Shown: positions 18,901-28,072, numbered from the stretch's first letter. The stretch: 32,000 nt of DNA from an uncultured archaeon (GCA_964589775.1 CAZPUN010000057.1:26953-58952), one strand, 5' to 3'. The notes: a model not told the origin generated them from the sequence alone. Numbers and translations are program-made.

Positions 18901-19521
18901 GAATTAAATGAATTAAAATCAATAAATATGAAAGCACTAGAAGAATATGATAACGAAAAGAAATTGTATGATGAACTTGCAGAGCGACGAGCAAAATTAG
19001 AAGAGGACTATCAAGAAATATTAAGATTTATAGATGAACTTGAAAATGAAAAAACGAAAAAATTCATGACTACATTTAATTCGATCGCAGAGAATTTCAC
19101 ACAAGTTTTTGCACGTTTGTCACCAGGTGGAAGTGCTCAATTAATATTAGATGACCCAGAACATCCATTAATGGGTGGCATTACGGTTAGAGCAAAACCA
19201 CGAGGCAAAGAAGTTGCATCTCTAACAGCAATGAGTGGCGGAGAAAAAACAATAACAGGATTGGCATTAATTTTTGCAATCCAAAGATATTCTCCAAGTG
19301 CATTTTATATATTAGACGAAATAGATGCTGCATTGGACAATGCAAATGCCTATTTGGTTGCAAAACTAATAAAGGAATTTTCAGAGACTTCACAGTTTAT
19401 AATAATTTCTTTGCGAGATCCAACAATTAGATTGGCAGATCGATTAATTGGTGTAACAAATCAGGACGGCATTTCAAAAATAGTTAGCGTCGAACTCGAA
19501 GAGGTTCTTAGTGATGAGTGA
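15919..19521 (+). CDS. smc: Chromosome segregation protein SMC
   Basis: GFKSF, GPNGSGKSN, long coiled coils, hinge (GTVAEL, GRVSFIPL, VFGDT, ITGG), MSGGEK, ILDEIDAALD. Confidence 0.98.
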   Translation: MTLVHIEKIELKGFKSFGNDKVTIELSPKFSAIVGPNGSGKSNVIDALCFALGQLSTKTMRISSFSDLLFKPTKKKGQTGAKSGYVELHINNKDRKMAYDADKVIIRREINSDGSTAYRVNGKSTTRTDVLDMLSTIGVDPNGYNIVLQGEIAHVVQVSPIERRKLIERISGIAAFDVQKEKALKKLDEATKKLAQVDTQLSERRRMLERLEQDRQEAIRYKELSWKRVLTRRKLMERRRTYLVERIKKLENMIESKKQEINDITNQINEIENEIAQAEEEREAIGQKINEIAGKEASQISIEWANLRNKIEQLQIQLNTIQDNISDKETKREELEQRLSSIKTEIDELSIKRDDLKSKLDKIVEEINRKNEEIENLNERLESEGEAYFNASSKINELSKIISELEETRSRINSQHTSNEREIRILTDDIDSLEKQITDLYDAKEKTQVQIKNMEEDILDYQTKFDDLIEDIDRTNAKFRDISKESIETRKIYNKTREELIKIEARNKALKEAQEKFFSKQGAISAILKLRNSGEIDGIYGTVAELGTINPQYSTALEIAGGGRLSYIVVRDESVAAKCIRYLKQKRLGRVSFIPLDKIRARVSKHDIDEPGVIGYAIDLVDYDEDVRKAFEYVFGDTLVVETYDDARRIGFKGQRIVTLDGDLIEASGLITGGHYTPRKHGLSLKQEDNKEELEQKLHGLETILADIESRKKEISQKLSDLEKEKRNLEIAINTAQKEIQQLKERKNDIEYRINASKAKLENTKNKIKTIKEEQIELETKMQELEVSINEKKLQLEEFQKLIETSTAKTLNKQISDKRKELDDLIAKKSEILQEYNEINFKINSSLLPTIDEINKNITQINDEIPQLHEKIEQIRTELEKYNAAFREVDERKDVIEEKVGKYTKQQTEINQHIKELRGKLDTLNSTIQNKTRNLYRQENDKEKTEEELKIVELEIKELNSEPIDAEEHKIKDFENTLPDDYNQLSEKLREIDGELNELKSINMKALEEYDNEKKLYDELAERRAKLEEDYQEILRFIDELENEKTKKFMTTFNSIAENFTQVFARLSPGGSAQLILDDPEHPLMGGITVRAKPRGKEVASLTAMSGGEKTITGLALIFAIQRYSPSAFYILDEIDAALDNANAYLVAKLIKEFSETSQFIIISLRDPTIRLADRLIGVTNQDGISKIVSVELEEVLSDE

Positions 19522-20206
19522 TTCTGAAAAGCCATTTTGGGTTTCTCCGCCATATATACTATTAACAGGAGTTTTACAGTTAGATAAAGTAGACCCATGG
19601 AAAGTAGATGTAGCTAAATTGATCGGCGGCTTTTTAGAAGAAATGAAGAAAAGAGAAGAAATCGATTTTAAGATATCAGGAAATGCCGTCTATACTGCAG
19701 CAATAATTTACATGCAGAAAGTCAAAAAATTAGTTGAAAAATCAAAACCAAAAGAAGAAGAGAAAGAAAAAGTCACAGATGAGGATTTACTAAATGTACC
19801 GATGATGCGACCCCCATTTAGATTAACAAATAGGAGAGTTACATTAGAAGAACTAATGTTAGCTATGGAACAAGTATTATTACAATCCACAAAAAAACGA
19901 AAACGCAGTAAACGAAAACGCACACCAATAGAAATTCCACCGATTATTATGGAATTAGAAGATACACAAGCACGAATTGAAGAGCATATTGCAGACACGT
20001 TATATAAAATAGAAGAATTATCAAAGAATCAAGAAATAATATCCTTTTATGACCTTGTTGAAGAACGCACCAGAAAAGAAATTGTAAAAGTTTTTGTAAG
20101 TCTATTATATTTAGCAGCAAGAAAATATATAGATCTCTGGCAAGAGAATGGAGAAATTAAGGTTCAATTATTAGACGAACCAGAAGAGGAGGTCGCTGAA
20201 GATTAA
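19514..20206 (+). CDS. scpA: Kleisin ScpA
   Basis: VDPWKVDV, VTLEEL, FVSLLYLA...IDLWQ. Overlaps the smc stop. Confidence 0.92.
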   Translation: MSDSEKPFWVSPPYILLTGVLQLDKVDPWKVDVAKLIGGFLEEMKKREEIDFKISGNAVYTAAIIYMQKVKKLVEKSKPKEEEKEKVTDEDLLNVPMMRPPFRLTNRRVTLEELMLAMEQVLLQSTKKRKRSKRKRTPIEIPPIIMELEDTQARIEEHIADTLYKIEELSKNQEIISFYDLVEERTRKEIVKVFVSLLYLAARKYIDLWQENGEIKVQLLDEPEEEVAED

Positions 20207-20768
20207 AGAAGAAACAAAATTAATCGTTGAGGCTTCATTATATGCTTCAGGAAGACCTATGCCAATTACAGAACTTGCAGATATAGCGAAAACAGATGTG
20301 GATTCTATAAAACGAGCTATTAAGAAATTAATAAAAGAATATTCATCACGAGAAACTGCATTAGAAATTGTAGAACTCCCAAATGAACGATTTGTACTTC
20401 AATTAAAGCCGGAATTGACACCAAAAATTGCATCATTAATTCCGGGCGGTCTCCTTTCATATGCCACGCTGAAGACACTTGTTTTTATTGCATTAAAACA
20501 GCCTATAAAGCAATCCGAACTCGTACAAATGAGAGGAGCACATGTATATGACCATGTGAGAGAATTAGCTGAGAAAAAATTCATAGAAGTGAATCCTGAA
20601 GGGCGTACAAAAATACTAACAACCACAGATTTGTTTGCGGATTACTTTGGGTTTGATTATGATAAAATAAGAATGAAAGCTCAATTAAGATGGAAATTAA
20701 GAAAAATATTGAAAGAAAAAGATGCAAAACAAACAGAAAAAGATACATCAACAAACACGGGGAATTAA
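20196..20768 (+). CDS. scpB: Kite subunit ScpB (probable non-canonical start)
   Basis: IVEASLYASGRP lies upstream of ATG 20259; LKTLVFIALKQPI, RG, GRTK, TTDLFADYFG. Start placed at CTG 20196 (ATT 20202 is an alternative). Confidence 0.9.
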   Translation: MKIKEETKLIVEASLYASGRPMPITELADIAKTDVDSIKRAIKKLIKEYSSRETALEIVELPNERFVLQLKPELTPKIASLIPGGLLSYATLKTLVFIALKQPIKQSELVQMRGAHVYDHVRELAEKKFIEVNPEGRTKILTTTDLFADYFGFDYDKIRMKAQLRWKLRKILKEKDAKQTEKDTSTNTGN

Positions 20769-21773
20769 TTCACCATAAGGCATTTGAACTAGACGTTTCC
20801 CACCGATGGATGTTAACATAACTACACGTCCGGGAACGCCCTCTTTTACGTGCCCAATTACTTTTGCATCTTTCCCTTCTGGAGTTTGTTTTAATGTTTT
20901 TAATATCTCTTCAGATTGATCTTTATTAACTATGATAACTGCAATACCTTCTGATGTAATCATTAATGGATCAAGCCCTAAAATATCAGATAATGCGCGT
21001 ACTGGTTCTCGAATGGGAATTTCGGACTCGTACAATTCAATCTCAACTTTAGATTTAGTTGCGATTTCATTTATTGCTGCAGCAAACCCGCCACGAGTCG
21101 GATCTTTCATTACGTGAATTCCACCGATAGGTAAAATCTTGTTTATCATGGGCCACAAAGGCTTCACATCAGATTTCAGATCAGTATCAAATTCAAGACC
21201 TTCGCGATGAGCTAACAAAACAGTACCATGATCGCCAATAGGACCCGAGATAATTACAACATCGCCGGGCTTTGCCCCATGATCAGTAATAAGGTTGCCA
21301 CGTTTTACAACACCAATACCGGTTGTTGCAACGACAATTTTATCCAAACTATTCTTAGGCATTATTTTTGTATCACCGGCAATGATTGCAACATCGCACT
21401 TTTCAGCCACTTCATTTATGGATTCAAGGATCAACTTTAACTGTTCAACAGGAAAGCCTTCTTCAACAATAATCGCATCAGTCATTGCAATAGGTTTAGC
21501 GCCCATCATTGCAACATCGTTAATGGTACCTGCAGCTGCCAGAGTACCAATATTACCGCCAGGAAAGAAAGGCGGTTGAACAGTATGACCATCAGTACTT
21601 ACCACAATGTCGAAATCACCAATTGAAAAAGAAGCCCCATCATCAAAATCATCAATACCTAGTCCGTTATCGATACGACGCTTTGAAAAGGCAGGAACTA
21701 ATACTGATTCTAAAAATTCTTGCATGGCTTTTCCGCCAGCACCATCCGCTTGCTTTAATAATTTTGTAGGCAT
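20748..21773 (-). CDS. hypE: Hydrogenase maturation protein HypE
   Basis: GAGGK, DGHTVQPPFFPGGNIG, GDTK, DPTRGG, terminal PRVC. ATG 21773 follows AGGTGA. Confidence 0.96.
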   Translation of the reverse strand: MPTKLLKQADGAGGKAMQEFLESVLVPAFSKRRIDNGLGIDDFDDGASFSIGDFDIVVSTDGHTVQPPFFPGGNIGTLAAAGTINDVAMMGAKPIAMTDAIIVEEGFPVEQLKLILESINEVAEKCDVAIIAGDTKIMPKNSLDKIVVATTGIGVVKRGNLITDHGAKPGDVVIISGPIGDHGTVLLAHREGLEFDTDLKSDVKPLWPMINKILPIGGIHVMKDPTRGGFAAAINEIATKSKVEIELYESEIPIREPVRALSDILGLDPLMITSEGIAVIIVNKDQSEEILKTLKQTPEGKDAKVIGHVKEGVPGRVVMLTSIGGKRLVQMPYGELIPRVC

Positions 21774-21863
21774 ATCTATCACCTAGTCAGATAACGTCCT
21801 CTTAGAAATCTTTTTAAATATTCTTAAGAGAACAACATATACATTTATTTATGGTGGTTAAAA

Positions 21864-22250
21864 ATGGGCATCTGGCATCAGAGATCTAGACGTTCAGCGA
21901 CAGGTTCCCTGTACAAAAAATTTGCAAAGAAAAGAAAGCATGCATTAGGAAGGGAACCAACAGAGACAGTACTAGGTGAAAAGAAAATAAAGAAAATCCG
22001 TACAAAAGGTGGCGGATTAAAGGTCAGATTAGTAAAGACTATGGAAATAAATGTTGTTGATCCAAAGACCCGCAAAACATTCAAAGCAAAAATACTTAGT
22101 GTAGAGAAAAACCCTGCTAATACAGACTACTCACGCCGTGGCGTGATTACAAAAAGTACAATTGTAAGAGTCGAAAAGGGCCTTGTACGAGTAACAAGTA
22201 GACCCGGACAACACGGTGTATTAAATGGCATTTTAATTGAAGAGAGCTAA
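21864..22250 (+). CDS. rps8e: 30S ribosomal protein S8e
   Basis: KRKHALGREP, NPAN..YSRRGVITK, VTSRPGQHGVLNG. Confidence 0.97.
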   Translation: MGIWHQRSRRSATGSLYKKFAKKRKHALGREPTETVLGEKKIKKIRTKGGGLKVRLVKTMEINVVDPKTRKTFKAKILSVEKNPANTDYSRRGVITKSTIVRVEKGLVRVTSRPGQHGVLNGILIEES

Positions 22251-22274
22251 ACAGCTCTCGAATAGATTTATCTT

Positions 22275-22652
22275 TTATGTTTCAATTTCTATGTTTCGAA
22301 CAATTGAATCATTACCACCAATGATATCGGTTTCTGAGCTTCCACATTTTGGACATTTTAACATTTGAACTGATATAAATGAATGATCGATAAGTTCATC
22401 GCGATTAATTTCGCCAATATACCCACAATTATAACACTTTATTTTACCGGGAATAATTTCAAAAATAATTTCTGCACCATCAGCAAGAGTATCTTTAGAT
22501 AAAATTTCGAACCCAAATTTAACTTGCTCTGGATTTAAATACGTTAACTCACCAAGCTCCACAACTACCTTAATGATACGTTTTGCATTATTTTCTTTTG
22601 CGACTTGAAGCACTGTATCAAGAATTGCCATTGCGGCTGAGAATTCATGCAT
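22275..22652 (-). CDS. hypA: Hydrogenase nickel chaperone HypA
   Basis: MHE N-terminus, GEL, two CxxC motifs (CYNC, CPKC). Confidence 0.95.
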   Translation of the reverse strand: MHEFSAAMAILDTVLQVAKENNAKRIIKVVVELGELTYLNPEQVKFGFEILSKDTLADGAEIIFEIIPGKIKCYNCGYIGEINRDELIDHSFISVQMLKCPKCGSSETDIIGGNDSIVRNIEIET

Positions 22653-22691
22653 AATAACCACACAAAGAAAAAATAGAAAAAGAAAATAAAA

Positions 22692-23297
22692 TTATTTATT
22701 TATACCAAGCATCTCATAGACTTTTGGTAGATTCTTTTGTACTTCTTCATCCATCTTTCTGTGAAGATTATTCCCATGAGAATCGATAGTTACAATTAGC
22801 GGCCCAAAATCGTCTGCTTCAAAGATCCAGAGGGCTTCCGGCATTCCAAGGTCAAACCATTCAACGCCCTTGACTTCTTTAATGCCTTTTGCCGCAAGAA
22901 CTGCAGCCCCGCCAGTAAAAGATGCATAGACAGCACCGACATCTTTAAGCGCAGCAGTAGTTTTTTCACCCATGCCGCCTTTTCCAATAATAACACGTAC
23001 TTTAAATGCGCGAATAAAATCAGACTCGAAAATTTCCATTCTTGCACTTGTTGTAGGTCCAGCAACTACAACTTCCCATTTATCATCTACTTTTCGCATA
23101 ACTGGACCACAATGATATACTACACCACCTTCAAGTTCTACAGGCAGTTTCTTGCCTTCCTTATGATAATGGAGAGCCCGCTCATGAGCTTCATCACGTG
23201 CGGTAACCATTAATCCAGAAACATACAAAATATCGCCAGCTTTTAGCTTTCTGATATCTTCTTCTGAAATCGGAGTTTTTAGATGATATTCGGCCAT
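22692..23297 (-). CDS. Class I fumarate hydratase / tartrate dehydratase beta subunit
   Basis: TARDEAH, YHCGP, GPTTSARM, IIGKGGM, DLGMPEA, DSHGN. Confidence 0.93.
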   Translation of the reverse strand: MAEYHLKTPISEEDIRKLKAGDILYVSGLMVTARDEAHERALHYHKEGKKLPVELEGGVVYHCGPVMRKVDDKWEVVVAGPTTSARMEIFESDFIRAFKVRVIIGKGGMGEKTTAALKDVGAVYASFTGGAAVLAAKGIKEVKGVEWFDLGMPEALWIFEADDFGPLIVTIDSHGNNLHRKMDEEVQKNLPKVYEMLGINK

Positions 23298-23298
23298 T

Positions 23299-24183
23299 TT
23301 ACGGAACCTCCTTGTGTGTTACATATTCAATTTTTCCATCGGCAGAAATTCTAGCCGTAGCACGTCGTGCAGCCCAACATTGAATCGCAACACCTACAGG
23401 ATAGCTGGCAGGATGTCGCATGGCATAATCCATTCGTACACCAAGTACAGTTGTTTTTCCACCTAATCCCATAGGACCAATTCCAGTCGCATTTAAAGCC
23501 TCATGAATCTCTTTTTCTAATTTGGCAAGTTCTGGATCTGGATTTGGCTCAGTTAAAGGTCGTAATAGTGCTTGTTTAGCTACTTTGATTGCAATATCTG
23601 CACCACCTCCAATGCCAATTCCAACTATTGTTGGAGGACAAGGCTTGCCACCTGCACGCACAATAGTATCCACTACAAATTTCTTTAGACCTTTAATTCC
23701 TAAGCCGGGAGTAAGCATACCCACCATGGACATATTTTCAGACCCACCGCCTTTTGGAAAGGCAGTGATTTCTAGAGAGTCACCTTCAGTAATTTCCCAA
23801 TTTATCCATGGAATCTTACGACCAGTGTTATCGCCAGAATTTTTCTGGGCAATAGGGTCAACAGCATTTGGTCGTAATGGTATTTTAGAAGTTGCAGATT
23901 TAACGCCTTCAAGAATGCCATCGCGGATTTTTGATAACCCTGGAAAGTCAGAACCTACTTTTACATAAAAAATCATAATGCCTGTGTCCTGACATAACGG
24001 GCGCTTATTTGTTTCCGCAAGCTCAATATTTTTCAAAATTGCACTTAAATTCATTTTTGCGGTTTCATTTGTTTCTGATTCGTAGGCAGATTTCAACGCA
24101 GATTTAACATCATCTGGAAGATATAATTCAGCCATACGAAGAAGAGTTTCAGTTGTGTCCGAGATTATGTTTTTGAAATCCAT
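23299..24183 (-). CDS. Class I fumarate hydratase / tartrate dehydratase alpha subunit
   Basis: PLCQDTG, PKGGGSEN, PCPP, GIGPMGLGG, CWAAR Fe-S ligands. Confidence 0.93.
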   Translation of the reverse strand: MDFKNIISDTTETLLRMAELYLPDDVKSALKSAYESETNETAKMNLSAILKNIELAETNKRPLCQDTGIMIFYVKVGSDFPGLSKIRDGILEGVKSATSKIPLRPNAVDPIAQKNSGDNTGRKIPWINWEITEGDSLEITAFPKGGGSENMSMVGMLTPGLGIKGLKKFVVDTIVRAGGKPCPPTIVGIGIGGGADIAIKVAKQALLRPLTEPNPDPELAKLEKEIHEALNATGIGPMGLGGKTTVLGVRMDYAMRHPASYPVGVAIQCWAARRATARISADGKIEYVTHKEVP

Positions 24184-24283
24184 AATTCACCCAACCTCTG
24201 CATTAAATTTCAAATGCATTATGAAAAAACAAGTATAAAAATAGATATTATTTTTACTGTTTTAAAAAATAAAGAGTAAAAAA

Positions 24284-25015
24284 TCATAATTCACCCGTAG
24301 GCATTACCACAAACCCATTATTAGAGATCTCAACTGTAAATCGTTTCAAGCTGTGAGAAGTACCGCGCATTTTCCTAACAATAAGACTTCGCTTTAATTC
24401 ACCATCAATTTCGCGCAGTGAAAGTAAGATTAAGCCTTGTGTGATAAATTCCTCAACTCCATAACGACTATAACGAGACTCGTCTACAACTTCAGTAGTC
24501 ATTAAAGAGGTTAATTTCAACTCTCGCAATAATGAGCTGAGCTTAAATAGTGCATCGCGTATTTCGTTAAGTGAATCTAATTGAAAACTTAATCCAGAAA
24601 TACTATCAATAACAATACGCTCGGCATTTATTTTTTCTTTTGCCTTGTAAATTTTATCAGCTACAGTTTCAATACTGAATGTAGATTTCAATGCCATTGA
24701 TTCATAAGTAGGTAATCCAGCTTTACTGGATGCCCCATCAATAATAACAAGCTTTCCCTCCGATTCTAATTTTGATAAATCCCAACCAAAAAGAGATGCT
24801 TCACGTCTAAGCTCAGAAGGACGCTCTTCAAGTGTAAGAAGAATCCCCGGTTGATTATATTTCACTATACCCGCATATAAGAATTGTAAGCAAAAAATGG
24901 TTTTCCCTGTACCTGCAGGTCCAGAAATTAATATATTACTTCCTTTAATAAACCCACCGTGAAGTATATCATCCAATCCGGGAATTCCAGTTGGAACTCG
25001 TTCGATCTTATGCAT
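24284..25015 (-). CDS. Single-domain KaiC/RAD55-family ATPase
   Basis: PTGIPGLD, GPAGTGKT, LEE, RIVIDS, KMRG. Confidence 0.92.
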   Translation of the reverse strand: MHKIERVPTGIPGLDDILHGGFIKGSNILISGPAGTGKTIFCLQFLYAGIVKYNQPGILLTLEERPSELRREASLFGWDLSKLESEGKLVIIDGASSKAGLPTYESMALKSTFSIETVADKIYKAKEKINAERIVIDSISGLSFQLDSLNEIRDALFKLSSLLRELKLTSLMTTEVVDESRYSRYGVEEFITQGLILLSLREIDGELKRSLIVRKMRGTSHSLKRFTVEISNNGFVVMPTGEL

Positions 25016-25027
25016 TATGACATCAAC

Positions 25028-25489
25028 TCACATAATATCTCCTTTTTTAATTTCAATAAAATCAAACTTCTCAATGCTGACAATATCCGGAGAGCCATCT
25101 AAATAATTCATAAATTCATCAGATGCTGAACCTTTCTTATAATAAATAATTATTAGTTCAGTTTCAGTTGGGCCTATACCGACAAAAATCACATCCTCAC
25201 GAGCAGATATTTTTTCTGCAAATTCACGTGCATATTTCACGCTTAAATCTGGAACAATATGGCCTCCAATTTTTATTTTTACCATAGATGCTGTAGAATA
25301 TCCAAAAGCCCTCGGATCGACTAAAGTAGAAAATCCACGAATAATACGCTTTTTCAACATTTTATTTATCCTAAAGTGAATGGTAGTATCTGGAACTTTT
25401 AGATCTTCGGCTATTTTTGTAAAGGGAATTCGTGCATTATCCTTTAACATTCTGAGTATTTTTTTATCTAAAGCGTCAATAGTACTCAT
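25028..25489 (-). CDS. Lrp/AsnC-family transcription regulator
   Basis: IDALDKKILRMLKDNARIPFTKIA...TIHFRI HTH. ATG 25489 preferred. Confidence 0.92.
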   Translation of the reverse strand: MSTIDALDKKILRMLKDNARIPFTKIAEDLKVPDTTIHFRINKMLKKRIIRGFSTLVDPRAFGYSTASMVKIKIGGHIVPDLSVKYAREFAEKISAREDVIFVGIGPTETELIIIYYKKGSASDEFMNYLDGSPDIVSIEKFDFIEIKKGDIM

Positions 25490-25580
25490 CAGGCATGCCC
25501 CATAAAAGATCAATAACTAAAATAAAAAAGATACATTAATGCTTAAAAAGATTCTATAAAAATAAGAAAAAAGATAAATT

Positions 25581-25883
25581 TTAGGATAATACAATGAAAT
25601 CAAATAAGATAGTCCATACAAGAACCCAGATTAATAAGTATGAAAACAAACCGCTTGTAATGACTTTTGTCCTGCCACCAACTTCAGAAGGATCAATATT
25701 CAACACATAAATCGTGATGTAATATGTAAATCCATATATCACAAGACCAAATAAGCCGCCGCGCCAACCACGTAGATCAAATAATACACATAGTATTGAT
25801 GCAATTATTGCAAATGTTATTTTGAGATAATACATTTTATCGTTTGCATTCATCTCACGAATTTTTTCAGCCAGTGAGACCAT
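25581..25883 (-). CDS. Three-TM EMC6/Rab5ip(OPTI)-like membrane protein
   Basis: Three TM helices; LRGWRG and SGLFSYLLIWVLVWTILF resemble EMC6 GLxGxxG and GGLFTYVLFWTFLY. Confidence 0.72.
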   Translation of the reverse strand: MVSLAEKIREMNANDKMYYLKITFAIIASILCVLFDLRGWRGGLFGLVIYGFTYYITIYVLNIDPSEVGGRTKVITSGLFSYLLIWVLVWTILFDFIVLS

Positions 25884-26033
25884 TTATATCGAACTCCAAT
25901 GTTTATATTAAGTTGAGCATACTTTTATTATAAATAAACATTGTGCTTTAGTATAAACTTTATATAAAAAACATTTTGTATCTATTGAACTATAAAAAGC
26001 ATGAGGCTCATTAAATTTTGGAGAGAATCACAA

Positions 26034-28043
26034 ATGCCAAAAACAGCTATGACGAACGTAGACGTTGCGTACATTGTGCAAGAGCTTAAGGAAGTCGTAG
26101 GAACTTATGTTGAAAACATTTATGACATAGATAACTTGGTCATATTGAAAGTTCATTCTGCATCAACTGGAACGATCTCAGTACTAATTGAACCGGGAGT
26201 TAGGATTCACAAAACCGAGTACAAACGAGAAGCCCCAAGAATACCTACACCTTTTGCTATGACCCTACGAAAATACTTACGCGGAAAGAAAATAACAGAG
26301 ATAAAACAGCATAATTTTGATAGACTGGTTTCAATAAAAATCGGAAATCCACCGGAAGAATATACTCTAATCATAGAGATAATTGGCAGTGGCAATTTAA
26401 TTTTACTAGACCCAACCAATTTAATTTTCGTTGGAAAATCATATAAACGGATGAAAGATCGTGCAATTTTACCAAAAAGAGAATATGAATTTCCAGAACC
26501 ACGTGGCATAGATCCAAATAAAATAACAATTGAAAACTTGAAAGAAGCTTTTACCGATTCCAAAAAGAATGTATTAAAGACTTTAGTTCGCACTGTAAAC
26601 TTAGATCCTGCAAGTTGTGAGGAAATTTTAATTAACGCGAATATTGATAAGAAAAAACAAGCCTCAGAAATAACCAATGAAGAAATTGAACATATAATAA
26701 AATCCATCAAAGAGTTTATGAATAGAATTGAAAAACGGGAAGAAAAAGCAATAATTGTATTTGAAGAGGACAAACCTGTATTTTTTGCACCATTTCCATA
26801 TAAAAAATATGAAGACAAAACAATAAGGACATTTGAAACATTTAGTAAAGCTGTTGATGAATATTTTGTTCATTTTGAAGAAATCCCCACGGAACAAATA
26901 ACAGATGATGAAAAAGAACGCCAACGACTTAGGCGAATAATTGAAAAACAATTGGAAGGCGTTGAAAAACTTAAACAAGTTTCAGAAGAGAAAAAGAAAA
27001 AGGCTGAACTGATTTATGGATATATGGCAGCCATAGATGAGATTATAACAACTATAAAGAATGCACGTACCAAGGGAATTTCATGGGAAGAAATTATTGA
27101 AAAATTCAAACAAGCAAAAGAGAAGAAGATATTCCCAGCAACATTAATTGATAAAATAGAACACAAAAAAGCAGAATTAATTCTTGATTTAGATGGAACT
27201 AAGGTAGAAATAGATTTTAGAAAGTCTGCAGTAGAAAATGCAAATGAGTATTTTGAGAAATCTAAGAAGGCTCGTGCAAAGATTGAAGGCGCATTAAGAA
27301 AAGTCAAAGAGACAACGGGCGCCATTGCAGAAATTCGAGGCGATAAAATAGAAATAATAAGTATGCCAAAGAGAAAGAAAATTAGAAAGAAAAAATGGTA
27401 TGAGAAATTCCATTGGTTTAACACTAGTGAAGGCTATTTAGTGATAGCTGGACGCGATGCAAAGACAAACGAGCAAATCGTTAAGAAGCATTTAGAAACA
27501 AATGACATATTAGTACATGCAGATATACATGGCGCACCACATACAGTGATCAAAGTACCTAATGAACCGCCCTCTGAAAAATCTATATATGAGGCTGCGA
27601 TTTTTGCAACTTCATTTTCACGAGGCTGGAAAGAGGGCTGGGCAGCAGCTGATGCATATTGGGTTCATGCAGATCAGGTAAGTATGGAAACACCATCAGG
27701 TGAATATTTAGCAAAAGGTGCGTTTACAATCAAAGGAAAGAAGAATATGCTAAAAGGTGTACCATTAGAATTAGCTGTAGGTATAATCTTTGATGATGAA
27801 TTTGCGATTCCAATTTCTGGACCTGTAGATGCAATAAAGACTCAAACTGATCTATATGTGATAATAACACCGGGCGATACTAAAAAGGGTAAAGCCTCAA
27901 AGGCTATTCTGAAATTTTTCATAGATAAGGTGGATGATGATAAAAAACAATTAGTTGAAAATCTTAGCTTGGATGAAATAAATAGTATATTACCGAGTGG
28001 AGATACTCGAATTATATATCCGGGTCAAAGAAAAAAGTCTTAA
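26034..28043 (+). CDS. rqcH: Rqc2/NEMF/RqcH ribosome quality-control protein
   Basis: FAMTLRKYL, FDR, GNLILLD, ENANEYFEK, WYEKFHWF, GRDAKTNE, HADIHGA, PSGEYL. ATG 26034 follows GGAG. Confidence 0.95.
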   Translation: MPKTAMTNVDVAYIVQELKEVVGTYVENIYDIDNLVILKVHSASTGTISVLIEPGVRIHKTEYKREAPRIPTPFAMTLRKYLRGKKITEIKQHNFDRLVSIKIGNPPEEYTLIIEIIGSGNLILLDPTNLIFVGKSYKRMKDRAILPKREYEFPEPRGIDPNKITIENLKEAFTDSKKNVLKTLVRTVNLDPASCEEILINANIDKKKQASEITNEEIEHIIKSIKEFMNRIEKREEKAIIVFEEDKPVFFAPFPYKKYEDKTIRTFETFSKAVDEYFVHFEEIPTEQITDDEKERQRLRRIIEKQLEGVEKLKQVSEEKKKKAELIYGYMAAIDEIITTIKNARTKGISWEEIIEKFKQAKEKKIFPATLIDKIEHKKAELILDLDGTKVEIDFRKSAVENANEYFEKSKKARAKIEGALRKVKETTGAIAEIRGDKIEIISMPKRKKIRKKKWYEKFHWFNTSEGYLVIAGRDAKTNEQIVKKHLETNDILVHADIHGAPHTVIKVPNEPPSEKSIYEAAIFATSFSRGWKEGWAAADAYWVHADQVSMETPSGEYLAKGAFTIKGKKNMLKGVPLELAVGIIFDDEFAIPISGPVDAIKTQTDLYVIITPGDTKKGKASKAILKFFIDKVDDDKKQLVENLSLDEINSILPSGDTRIIYPGQRKKS

Positions 28044-28072
28044 CCGATACCCTTAAAAAAATCAAAATACGA

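Noticed and set aside
16600-19060. Repetitive GAA/AAA-rich sequence
   Set aside because: Explained by SMC coiled-coil composition; not a DNA repeat or CRISPR array.
21783-22275. Looked for an SRP RNA or tRNA gene beside rps8e
   Set aside because: The intergenic gaps are too short and AT-rich; only a small GAGAGCT/AGCTCTC hairpin at the rps8e stop.
24284-25015. Circadian clock interpretation of the KaiC-like gene
   Set aside because: Single domain, no ST phosphosite motif at the usual position, and no kaiA or kaiB.
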